Translations under genes and position numbers: made by a program
The notes under the pieces: model-generated
The model's database searches: none
Told to the model about the DNA's origin: nothing
Seen by the model: the letters and a program-made list of their open reading frames with translations, nothing else
NCBI GenBank assembly: GCA_013265495.1
Contig: MU058836.1
Location: forward strand, 310,001-374,000
Length of the DNA: 64,000 nucleotides
DNA from: Vicugna vicugna
Lineage: Eukaryota
Direction of reading: 5' to 3'
In this document: positions 51,511 to 63,100 of the stretch, one piece after another
Position numbering within the stretch: the first letter of the stretch is position 1
Layout of the letters: each line of letters opens with the position of its first letter

Positions 51511-51974
51511 TGGCAGAAATTATTTTGCAGTCTTCCAAGAATGTTGTGGAAGGGATTCTTGCACTAGATGGGAAGTTGAATAAATGACCTCTTGGTCTTG
51601 CTCAATTTTACAAATGTCTCTGAAATTGCATTTATCTCAACAAACTGAAAGCATTAAATTGAAGCAAGCCTCAAGCTCCTCCATAGAAGGGACTATCTTT
51701 TGTTCATCTTCACATTTCCAAGTGCCTAGCACATTGGCTGACATACTGGCAGTAATACTATAGTCACTGTATAAATGAATGTATGATCAAACAATTAAAT
51801 ATTTAGTTTACCTCAAAACGTAGACTGTATCTGCCATCTTTGTATGAAAATTTCAAGTACAAATGCTTGATCAAATCTACTTGATCAGACGATGTTTCCT
51901 GTAACCCCAAATAAGAAAAGCAAATGCTAAAAATTATAATTGACTTATCTAACCTCAGCCATTTAAGAAATCAA

Positions 51975-52195
51975 CATTTTTTCGTTGAGCACCCACTATG
52001 AGCCCAGTATTTTTTCATACATAATCTCATTTAATCTGTTAATACAGCCCTGAAGTAAGTATTAATTTACCTAATTTGTAAATAAAGAAATTGAGTCTCT
52101 GAAATCTTAACAATATTCAAGTCACACAGTTATTAGGTGATAAATACAGGATCTGAACCTCAGTCTGTTTAGTTCAAACACTGAGCTCTTCCTTT
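51975..52195 (-). mobile_element. MIR SINE
   Basis: ATCTCATTTAATC...GAAATTGAG...AAGTCACACAG...GGATCTGAACC. Confidence 0.7.
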
Positions 52196-53984
52196 CAAAA
52201 TATTTTTGATTGCAAAAGCAACATGGTATGTGCTTATTTTGAAAGATTTGAACAGTTAGAAACACATAAACTAAAATATTAAAGCCCCCTTAGAGATATT
52301 TTCCTCTCCCCCATCCCCTGCATTAATATCTAGCCTATAAGAAATCGCCTGTGAAAGCATCCTGTTAGGTACAATTGTATGCATGTGAATGCTTATATAA
52401 TTACCATATAAACAACACTTATAAGATAAATATAATGTACAGTGTGATATAAAAATGTAGCTTTAAAAAAGAAACATGACAATTTTTTTCATTTAATGAT
52501 ATATCTTGAAGCTCTTGCCATGTCCTAGATAGGTCCATGATAGACCTATCTAATTGTAATAAAAACATCAAAATTTGTAATATTGTAAATTTATATGCTA
52601 TAATTTAAAAAAAAATTCTACTATTACTGAGCATTTAAGTACCTTCAGATTTTCAGGAGAAAACAATTAGAAACAATAACACAGTAAATACCTATGTGCG
52701 CATGTGCATATATTTCTATAAGATGGATTCTTCGTATAGTTTTTGGGTCAGAAAGCTACGAATATTTAAAATTTTGATAGATATCACCCTATCATCCAGA
52801 AAACCACTGTACGTCTTTATGTTTCCACAAAGTCAGCACTTGTATATCCACATCAACGCTGGATAGTATCGATTTTCAAAAAGTATTTGACAATCTGATG
52901 AATGATTTTATTCATTTGTACATTATTTCATTATATTTTATTATTTTATTTATATTATTTTATCATTATTGTATTTTACCATTATTATAACTTTTACTTC
53001 CATAGTTACTATAGATAACCTGTCTTTTTAATATGTTTTTCCCTTCTCATATGCCTTCTGTGAATTGCTTGGTGATACCCTACGTCCATTTAAAAAATGT
53101 AGATTGTCTTTTTCTTATTGCATCATTAGAACTCTTTGCAAATAATGTTTATCTTTTGTTTATATGTGGTAAGTAACTTCTCCGGTTCTGTCACTTGTCT
53201 TTTAACTTTCTTCACCTATTGAATGTATTATGTAGAGTAACTGGTCAATCTATGTCATTTTAGAAAATCTTTTCACACCCTAGATTACAAAAATATTCCC
53301 CTATGACTCCAGTATGTTACAGTTTGTTTTTCTGTTCTTATAATTTTAATCCATCTGGAATTTATTTTTGTACATGGTGTGAGAAAGGAATATAATTATT
53401 TCTTCCCAAGTGGAGACATTTTTTCAAAAATTAAACCTAAAATAATCAATTATTTCCAACTGATTTGAAATCCTAAATTGATTATACACCAGTCCTCATG
53501 GGTACACAAGTGGTTTTGGACTTTGTGCTCTTTATTGTGTTTCCTTCTGTACTCTGCTATTTGTATTCTATTCTTGTGCCAACACCACACTGTTTTTCTC
53601 ATTGTATCTGTATAATCAATATGATATATGATGAGGAGTTAGGCTTCATGCTAGCCTTATTATTTTAATAATTTCCTCTAATAGATAAACTTTAGAATCA
53701 GTTATCTAGTTGAAAAGCAAAGGCCATTTTGACTCCTATGAATTTGCAGATTATTATATAAAGAATCAAATTTCACCGTCTTGAGGCTTTTCTTATAAGA
53801 ATGTGATGTGTCTCCACTTTTTTCACATCTCAAAGAGTATTTCAGTAAAATTTCTAAATACAATCATATAGGTTTTGCACATTTCATTATTTATTCTAGA
53901 TATGTTACCGATTTTTTTTTTGTCATCTGAGTGATTGGAATCTTCTAGCCCTATCATATTTTCTATTGATATAGTGACATACAT

Positions 53985-54525
53985 TGTGAGAAATCTACCA
54001 CGTAGCTTTCTCCCTTGCTAACATAATCCTAATTTTATTTGGGGGCAGCAATGTGCCCATCCCCAGAGGATGAATCATGATTGTTCTATGCCAGTCATGG
54101 CAATCCAGATGATTATGACTTTTGCTACATTCCCTGGCCCCCTTGCCACCACGGCCGGGCTCATCACCACGTATTACACAACGTGTGGTAAGGGAAATTA
54201 ACGATAATTTTTACTCCTTGATATAAGTAAAGCCCCTTTGCTCCTGCCCTCCTTCTTTCTTTCCACTTTCAACGCTGACGAGCAGGTGCAACGTCTGATT
54301 GGAATAGCCCTCATGTGGCCATCTTGACACATATGTGAAGACAAAAAGGCCACAAGTGGAGATGTTGGGGCAGGAAGATGAAAAGTGCCTAGGTCCTTGC
54401 AGATGTCATTGAGCCACTGAACATACCAGTGAACTGCCTTCTTCCACATTTTCTTTTCTGTAAACAAAGTTTAAACCTCAATTAATTCACCATCCTCTAC
54501 CTGAAGCTGAGTGCATCCAAATCTT
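53985..54525 (+). mobile_element. MaLR LTR (MLT1J-like) inserted in L1
   Basis: GGATGAATCATGATTG...GCCATCTTGAC...GATGTCATTGAGCCACTGAA...GAAGCTGAGTGCATCC. Confidence 0.7.
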
Positions 54526-54614
54526 ATTTAGATATTACTGGAATATGGGGAAGTTATTGAGTTTTGTTTGTTTCCCTTGTTCTCAGTTTCCTTACGGAAT
54601 TCTGAGTTCTACTA

Positions 54615-54760
54615 CCCTTTTTTTTTTTAAATTAAATGTCTTTTGTGGGGGAGGTCATTAGGTTTATTTATTTATTTATTTATTTAATTTATTTAACAGA
54701 GGTACTGGGCCCCAGAACCTTGTGCATGCTAAGCACACACTCTGAGCTATACCCTCCCCA
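54615..54760 (-). mobile_element. tRNA-derived SINE with 13-bp TSD
   Basis: Family consensus with small internal deletions, flanked by CTGAGTTCTACTA (54602 and 54761). Confidence 0.9.
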
Positions 54761-55900
54761 CTGAGTTCTACTAATTTTGAAAAGGTTGGTTTGAGAGTTT
54801 CTAATCTGCATTTGCAAATAATGACAAGTTGGTCCCAATCTTTCTAATATTTATTCTTACTGTTTCTTGAATTGTTTCAAAGGCTGAGACCTTAATGAAA
54901 TGGTGAACTGTATCAGTGTATAACAGGTATTTTCCTTTTCAACTCTTGATCCTAGTGTGGTGCTTCTCATATTTCAATAGTAAGATTTTGCTATAATTTT
55001 CTGATAGATGTCCTGATAATTTTTTAAAATATCCTTCTGGTCATGCATTACTAAAAATTCAGCTTTGTTTTGTTTTTAATCAGAAATAGGTATTAAATTA
55101 TAACAACCACTTGTTTGGTGTCTATCAAGATGATCACACGGTAATTCTACTGCGCTCATTTAATGTAATGAGCTATATCAATGGATAATCCTGGTTTCGA
55201 GCATCCTTCCTTTTCTGGGATAATTTTATTTACTCCCAGTAATTACACTTTCTTTCATATGCTGTTGGATTTTTACATAAGATACTTTATGTAAGAGTTT
55301 TACATCTATTTTCACAAGTTATATTCTTATGACGTTTGATGTATTTGATTTTCTTTGTTGGATTGTGGGGTGACAGAGTAACACTAGATGCAAAGAATGA
55401 GTGTAAAATCTTTAAAAAACATAAGAATTTTATGTTTAAAACTTTTCTGTATTTAAATTTTTTCCCCATGAACATCTATTACTTTAAACTAAAGATAAAT
55501 AAATACATACATATATTTTACAAACAGAAATGATCAATTTCTATAATTTGTACTAGAATTTAGCCAGCTCTCTGGTATGGGGTTTGGGGATTTAGCTATG
55601 TTTTCTCTTTTCCTGTGAGAATTAGCTCATTTCTCTTTTCTTCTTCTAGAGTCAATTTTCCTTATTATATAGATTTTTGGAAAATTGTCTTTTTCACCTA
55701 AGAATTTTAATTTTATTGATATAATATTCTCATCATTTTAAAATCTCCTCTGTGTCTGTAGTTTTGTCTCTTTCCTTATCTTATTTTTATGTATTTGTTT
55801 TCTTTCTTTTATCAGACTTATCGGATTTTTTTTGTTGATAGTTTAATTGCTAAACTTTACTTGTTAATTTTCTTAGAATTCTACTTTAATACTCAAGGCT

Positions 55901-56020
55901 TGGGGGTAGTGGGTACAGCTCAAGTGGTAGCGTGCATGCTTGGCATGCTGAAGTCCTGGGTTCAATCCCCAGTGCCCTCATTAAGGGGAAATTAAAAATA
56001 TGTATATATATTAAAAAACA
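55901..56020 (+). mobile_element. tRNA-derived SINE (camelid Vic-1-like)
   Basis: CAGCTCAAGTGGTAGCGTGCATGCTTGGCATGCTGAAGTCCTGGGTTCAATCCCCAG. Confidence 0.85.
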
Positions 56021-58354
56021 ATTTTAATTCTACTTAAAATTTTTTTTAGCGTCTTTAATTGAATGTATGTATTTTAAATATCTTCTGTTTTCTAATACAT
56101 TTGAGGATGTTAATTCTTATCTGACTACAGCTGGCTCACATCAGCTAAGTTTTGACATCTAGTGTTCTCACTATTGTTTATATTTAAATAGTCTATAATT
56201 TCAGTTTGGTTTTCTTTTTAGCCAAAGGTTATTATGAAAGTCTTTTAGTGTATAGTTTATGTACGTGTGTGTTTCTGTCCTTTGGAAGTAGTCCATAGCT
56301 TTATTGTACTCTGATCTGTATTCTGCTTTCAATATTTATTGAGTTTTTAGAGCTTTTATTTTTGTAGTTGAATGGCCAATTTTTGTAAGTGTTCCATGGA
56401 TATTGGAAAAGACTGTCAGGCACACAGTTCTATACATATATCTATGACCAACTTTAATGAATATGTTTTTCAATTTCTCTATATCCTTTTGTATTTGAGG
56501 GCTACTTCCTTTGTCATTTTTGTTGAGGCATGTCAAAAATCTACAGTTATTATACTTCTATATGCTTCTCTTGTAGCTATAACAAATTATACTTCACATG
56601 TTTTAAAGCTACATTATTAGGCACAAAATGGTAAATTATTCCTTTAATCAATTACATTTTCTTTTTTGGTTTAGTGTTTTTGACCTTGAGTTTTATTTTG
56701 ACTGCTGTTACTACATTTTCTCCTGCTTTCTTTTTGATAGTACTTACCTGGTTTCTAGTTATTCCCTTTTATTTCCAAAAATTTCTGGTCATTCACTTCT
56801 ATGTATGACCCATTTAAAGAGCTGTTAACCTTTTCTGTTTCCTAGACCATCAGGTTATTTCAGTGCTTCCTTCTAGAAACTAACAGATTCTGTGACCCTC
56901 AGGTAAAAAAACGGTATAGAGGAATTGTACAACCCATTTTATAAGCTTGATTAAAGTTTGTGGCTATTTATTTGGTTTATTGGCATGAGAGTTTCTATAG
57001 CTTGATAGAGAAATTTCATCCATTAACATTTATTCTGAAAATTGACATGAACCTATTAACCAAATAGTTTTATTTCTGATATCTTATTCTTATTTCTGAC
57101 ATTCTATTTGTGTTTTCTCCTAACATATTCTCTTGTTTGTTTATATCTAGTTTTTCTTTTTACTGCGTTAATTGAGTATTCTTTTTCCTCTTTATAAATT
57201 TTGAAGTCACTGCTCTAATACCTTAACTGATTTCTTAGTGAGATGAAATAAAGCTGAACAGTGAATGGTAGTGTAAGATATTAGACTCAGAGTCCTGAAT
57301 CTAACTGTATTAAGAAAAAAGTTAATGTAAAGTTTTGAATGAATTTGTAATCCATTAATGGTCTATAATTTAGTTAAATGATAAAGTCACCATTTGGTAG
57401 CATGAGCTGTGTCCTTGTTAAGGGAATTTGGGCTGAGTTAACTGATATATACATATACATACAAATTTTGCTCAACTATTTAATAGAATTGAAACAATAC
57501 TGTGATCTTGTTCAGTTTAAAGGGATAAATATGATGATAAAAGAGTAAATAAGATCCAAGAATAAAACTGACACACCTTTCTTAATGTAGATGGGTAAAT
57601 GGGAACAAATAGATAGTCTAGAACCTTATCTCACTACATACAAAATTGTAGTGTGCAGTAAAGGTCACCTTTCAGTTCACTGGGTAAAGGAAGGATGCTT
57701 TTTAAATAATGCTGAGACAATTTAGTCAATCATTAGGAAAACAATTAAGTTTGACCCCAACCTCATATCACATATTTAAAAATAAATTCTACATAAATTG
57801 TAGAGTTAAGTGTGGAAATAAAAATCTTGGAATTAGTGAAAACACAATAAAACATGGAAATGAATAGTTGTCCCATTCAGGGGTTTGAAAGCCTTTCTTA
57901 TATCATACCAGTGGTAGAAAGCATAGAGAAAATGGTTGATAACTGTAAACACCAAAATTTTAACTTTTAGGTATCAGAAAGCATTAATCTTAAAGTTAAA
58001 AGCAAACAAAAAACTGAGAAAAATATCTTATGACATATAAGAAGGGATAAATAGTCAATTTATAAAGTGACATCATGAATCAATGTAAAGACACACATGC
58101 AATCATATCAAAAAATTAAGCAAAGAACATAAGCTATCAAATCAGAAAGGGAGAAATACAGAGAATAATGATAATACTCTCTGTGTCTGGGGACCAGATA
58201 TTCTTTTTCTTTTTCTTTTTTTAAACTTTTCTGTATTTGCTAAGTTTGCTCCAATACGTATTACTTTTATGATAGGAAAGTTATTGAGAGATAGATAGAT
58301 AGAAAAAACAGATTACTGTGTTACACCAGGAGTTTAACACTTGACAATAAGAAA

Positions 58355-58530
58355 AGATGGTGCCGTCTGGAAGCAGAAGTCCTGAGTTCAAGTCCCAGTG
58401 CTTGTTGAATGATCTTGGGCAAAGTCACTGAGCTGCTTTGAGTTTTGGTTCCTCCAAAAATAAAACAGCAGATATAATCTCCATGTCATAAATTGCTGTC
58501 ATGAATAGATTTTTCACGTGTTTGTGGGAA
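58355..58530 (+). mobile_element. MIR SINE
   Basis: CCTGAGTTCAAGTCCCAG...TGATCTTGGGCAAAGTCAC. Confidence 0.7.
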
Positions 58531-58575
58531 TTGCTTTCTGAGATCATTTACAGATATCAGAGATTCCTCTTTCAG

Positions 58576-58865
58576 ATCCAGTGCTTTAGGGCTTTCCCCA
58601 GCCCCGAGACCGAAATGTATGCATCTTCTCTCACAAACACCATATCCCTTTGCCTGATGAGGGTTCGTGTTCCTGAGGTGTTCAGGTGACAGTTCACCAG
58701 AGATGTTTTGGATTTTGCAGTCTCCTCAATGGATGGGACAAGAGTATCTACTACATCCTGACTATAGTCAAATGGAACCGTAATAACAATCACTGTTGCT
58801 TTTCTTTTTCCACATTACATGCTGTAGCATTTGGTTCTGGTACCCACAGAGTTAATATGATAACA
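58576..58865 (+). pseudogene. Candidate exon: degenerate C2-like Ig domain
   Basis: Acceptors end at 58575 (TTCCTCTTTCAG) or 58601. One frame reads QTPYPFA**GFVFLRCSGDSSPEMFWILQ...QSLLLFFFHITCCSIW: VxLxC, Trp 10 residues later and a second Cys 47 codons downstream (58679 to 58820). No clear donor. Confidence 0.55.
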
Positions 58866-58990
58866 GAGTTGATACTATAATTCCATGATCATGACATTTA
58901 AAAAGTCCCTACTAATTTCAAATTCAGGGCTCTGTTGTAAGTCAAATAAGAGTCTCCTTTTTCAATAATAGAAATAATTCCTTTGTGAAG

Positions 58991-59110
58991 GCTGCATGAT
59001 ACAGAGTGAACGGAAACGGGCCAGGACAATCAACTTTTCTTTCATAGGATCCCTGATATGCAGAATAGTGCTGTTTCTCCATTTATATCTCTGTGTGAAA
59101 TAAAAGGAGA
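58991..59110 (+). pseudogene. Candidate transmembrane exon
   Basis: Phase-1 frame after CTTTGTGAAG| reads CMIQSERKRARTINFSFIGSLICRIVLFLHLYLCVK*KEN: about 23 mostly hydrophobic residues followed by K*K. No clear donor. Confidence 0.45.
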
Positions 59111-59208
59111 ATGATAATTTTCCAGGGGAAACCCTTATGCCACCTTTGTCTTTTTTTTTTCTTTCCTGATCTTAAGCCTATTAAAACAAAAAAAACAAAC
59201 CCTTTCAG

Positions 59209-59314
59209 AGTGAAAGATGAGAAGGAAAAGATGTAGGAAAACCTTAAATATTCCCAAGGAATAGAAGATGTTGATATAGGGAGAACACAATTAGCTGCTC
59301 TGCTAATCCTCTAG
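59209..59314 (+). pseudogene. Candidate cytoplasmic-tail exon with killed YENL motif
   Basis: After CCCTTTCAG| reads VKDEKEKM*ENLKYSQGIEDVDIGRTQLAALLIL*. The TAG at 59234 is one substitution from Tyr, which would give ExxYENL. Confidence 0.45.
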
Positions 59315-60949
59315 GTTGGAAAAAAAGATGAAATGAACTGAAAGTCATCAAAATCATTTAGACAAAGCATAAAAATTAGTTATTGGTTGACTAAGCTGTT
59401 AATTATTGTTGTTCATGTAAAGCACATTTTCTCATTTCTGGGACACCTTAGAAAGGAAGGGAGAGAGGGAGAGAGGGAAAGAAGGAAGGAGGGAGAAAAG
59501 AAGATAACTGAGTTTTTGGTTCAGTACCAGCTCAAGGAATTCTCTCTTGCTAGGACAGGCAATTTGGATGTAGTGAAATTTGCCATAAAGAGGAATTGAG
59601 TGGGTCTGGATCTTCAATAACTTGTTCTGTAATCCTGGGCAAATCACTTTTCCTTGAGACCATTTTCTCATCTGGAACAGATCAGTGGTTTCCAAGTTGG
59701 GCTCCAGCAGAACACTGCTGATCCAAAGCTAGACCAATGAACAATGGTGGTCTCTGTACAACGCACAGAAAAATGAAGTAAAATAAAATGTTCCTTGTTG
59801 GCTATAGTTTATTTATTTACAATTATAACAATTCCTACACTATGGATTTTCCTGAACACATACAATTTCTTGGATTTGGGATATCAATAAATAAAATGTT
59901 CTTGATTTTAAGATTTTCTCTTCCACTTTTAAAAAGCCTACTGCCACATATCTGGCAGCTGAGTTCTAGCAAACGACAAAGTGAACTAACAAGCGAAAAT
60001 AAACAATAATAGGACAACTTGGATACAACTGGTCATACTGAGGTTTTTTAATTTTAAATGATCATTGTTGATTTTTAAGATTTCTTTAAATAGTAATGAT
60101 TTTTTTTTGTCATGTGTACATATTCTGGTTTTGATCTCCTGGCTAGATACCTGACTCTTGACTCCAAAATGAGTTCTTTCTTCATCTATGCCGACCCACA
60201 GTAAAGCTTTAAGGACGTAGGTCATATAAGTTTATGGTAACAGATTTCCATGTTCTTTATATGCATTAAAAGAAATCCTCAGAGCAATCCTGTAAGTATT
60301 TAATTATACTTCTTTCACGGATGTGGAAACTGATGCATGGAGCCCAAGGTCATCACTCATAAGAGCAGGAGCTGGAAACAAGTGAGTAGATGTCCGTTGT
60401 TAGATCTGGATTTGTCTTTAAACATTACATCAATAAATACTCACTTAAACTGCTCCTTGAAAAACAACAGAAAGATACTAAAAAATAAACCTGTTCTGCA
60501 TTCCAGATACTTAAAAAAACACGTAGCCAATGAGTTAACTTTTGTGAAACACTGTTTTTAGCAGCTTGCTGGGAAATCAAATCCCAACCCAGTAGACAGG
60601 AGAGAGGATGTGTGGATTCCATGTTACAGTGAAAGTGCCAACTAACACAAAATCTAAGAGGGGTCAGTCATGGGTTGGTGGTTGGTGGCTGCAAAGTCAA
60701 GTCACTTTGGTGTTGGTAGTTAATACTCAAAATCTGTACTAGAAGCACTGAACTCTGAGTAAAGGCTGTTTGAGAAATCAAATGAATACATGCAAGGATT
60801 TCAAGGTGTACGTGTTTTAAATAATGATTAATAAAACTGTACAGTTAAAAACTTTATTTTTCTTTTTATAAATTAGACAAATATTGGGTTTGGTCAGTCT
60901 TTATAATATAAGAGAAATTTTGTGCTGGCAAAATTTATTTGGAAAAGTT

Positions 60950-63100
60950 CTAAAGCTTTTTCTTTCTAATTGCAAAAGAGATATATTCATTGTACAAATG
61001 TTTAAAAAATTAAGAAGCCACAGCAGAAAAAAATATATAATGTACCCATAATTACTTCACCTAGAAAAAATTACCTCACCTGGAAAAAACTACTGTTAAC
61101 ACTTCGATTATACTTTTTAAATAATTTTTCAATGCCTAGATACACACATATATATTTATAAATATGGGATAGTGCTATATATATTGTTTTGAAATCTGTT
61201 TTTCTTATCAAAAATTATGTAAATATTTCATTATCATTTATTTATTACAGAATTTGATAGTTATATAACTTCCTATTACATAGATGAGCTTAATTTCTTT
61301 AACCAATCACTTGCTGTTGGGTATTAATGCCACAATAAACTTCCTCATACAAAAACAGTTATAAATATTTCCTAAGTCAATTTTTTAAAGTTAAATTCCT
61401 AGGTTAAAGACTTCTAAGAAAGCCAGAAAGATTGGAACTTGTCATGTTCCCACTAACAGAAAACTAGAAGGTCTATTTTTTTCCATATTTTCAGCAACTG
61501 TGATTATATTTACTAACAACTGAGAAATGTAAATGTACATATACAGTGTATATTTCTGCTAACTTTTAGGTGTAAAAGAATATCAGAGCTTTCATTTACA
61601 TAATTGATGAAGATTATCTTTTTCATATTGGTCATTAGAAATTTTCCTTTGATAATATTTGATAATGTTTTGGGGATTATAGTGGAACTAGATGTCAAAA
61701 TATGAGAGTAGAAATTAGGAGACCTGGATTTCAGTCTTTTTTACATCATTAGCATCAGAAGACCTTAGGTTAAATCATTCAATCTCTTTGGTCCTAAATT
61801 TTCTTTTGTATAGAAAATGTGCTCAAAATACTCACTCAAACCTTCCTATTGTCCCTGTCAAGAGCAAATTAAATTATCTTTGTGAAAAAGAGATACCGTA
61901 ACACTGTTTTATTAGCAATATTAATAAGGTCTTTGAGACACATTTGTAATGTACACATTTATAATTATAATTTATAATTTATAATGTGTTCTATCATTCA
62001 ACTCTAAAATGTTTTGAAATATTTACACAATTGGTAATTCAGTTCAAAGAAAGCAGTCAACTCCACAATATGTGTGTGTGTATATATGTACACATATACA
62101 TGTATGTATATATATACTATATACTTTTATAACTTATATAGATCATTTATAAGTTCTACATTTTCTAAAATTTTTATAACGAGAAGTCAACTTACTCTGG
62201 ACATGCTGGCATATTTCCTTTCAAGGTGGTTTTTTGAGTATGTGCACTAGGAAAAAATAATCAGTGATCATAATTTTACATCCAGATCTTTTACCTAGCA
62301 GGAGACCATTTTTCTATTTAATTTCAAAAGCTTCATAAATAATTTTAAGCTGCCTATGTCATAGTGGGGATATATTATTATTGACTTAACCATTCCTCTT
62401 CTCTTAATCACAAGTTATTTTCAATTGTTTACTTTACCTGTATCATTTTCTTGTGTAAATCTTTTCTACATCTTTGACTGCTTCCTTAGGGTAGATTCTA
62501 AGAGGAGGAATTAAGGGAACAAAAAAGTGTGAACATTTTAAGACTTTAAATGTGTATTGTTCAATTGCACTAAAAAGACTTGTGCTAATTTCTTTTAACA
62601 TTTTTTTATTGAGTTATAGTCATTTTACAACGTTGTGTCATGACGTGTGCTAATTTTTAATTCCTGCTAAGAATATATAATGAGAGGGCTTAATTGGGGT
62701 GTATACTAGCCACCACTAGACCACACAATTTTTTTTCTTATTTTTTTAATTATAAAAGTGATTCCTGTTGGCAAACACAAAAATAATTCAGGCACTCTCT
62801 TTTTTACCTTTCTCACTCTTACCACTCAGAGTTAGGTGTGTATACCAGCAGACTGTTCTTGAATCCAAAATTTTTTTCATTATCCTAATTTTAATAATCA
62901 TATATTTATTTTGATGTATGTTGAAATTTTATATATAAATAGCCCATCTGATCTGTGATTTCATGAGTATTATTGCTTTTGATGGAGCTCAGATTTTTTT
63001 AAGCTAATTTAAAAATAATACATATTAAGTAAATAACAGTACAAATCAGCATGTGCAAACACGTCAAAAATAAATAAATTTTGAAGGTGATAGCAGAATA
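60950..63100 (-). mobile_element. Old L1M fragments with an interspersed MIR
   Basis: TTTAACCAATCAC, GATTCTAAGAGGAGGAATT and AACATTTTAAG motifs in AT-rich sequence. Confidence 0.55.
62592..62645 (-). mobile_element. Extremely truncated young L1 3' end with TSD
   Basis: Matches the reverse complement of the tail of the 46.4-kb copy; flanked by TGTGCTAATTT (62581 and 62646). Confidence 0.85.

Larger units (their letters stand above)
52200..58280 (-). mobile_element. Long fragmented old L1M region, interrupted by an MLT1 LTR and SINEs; includes a + strand piece near 57.5-58.2 kb
   Basis: T-rich degenerate L1 motifs such as TTTAATCCATCTGGAATTTATTTTTGT and AAACTTTAGAATCAGTT. Confidence 0.7.
43020..59314 (+). 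pseudogene. Putative unprocessed pseudogene of a type-I Ig-superfamily receptor (leader, Ig domains, TM, tyrosine-motif tail)
   Basis: Seven exon-like segments in collinear order, most with a canonical AG and/or GT boundary: 43020-43072, 47386-47533, 49714-~49900, 49982-50221, ~58576/58602-~58865, 58991-~59110 and 59209-59314. They show Ig Cys/Trp motifs, a hydrophobic 23-mer and an M*ENL motif, with many in-frame stops and frameshifts. Confidence 0.55.

Noticed and set aside
58640..58720. Resemblance of GFVFLRCSGDSSPE to CD160 as I recall it
   Set aside because: Short match from memory. The exon count and tail architecture do not fit CD160, so no gene symbol was assigned.
58572..58793. Protein-like 73-aa minus-strand ORF (VITVPFDYSQDVVDTL...)
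   Set aside because: No ATG or acceptor, and a stop lies just upstream. It is better explained as the antisense shadow of the degenerate Ig exon.
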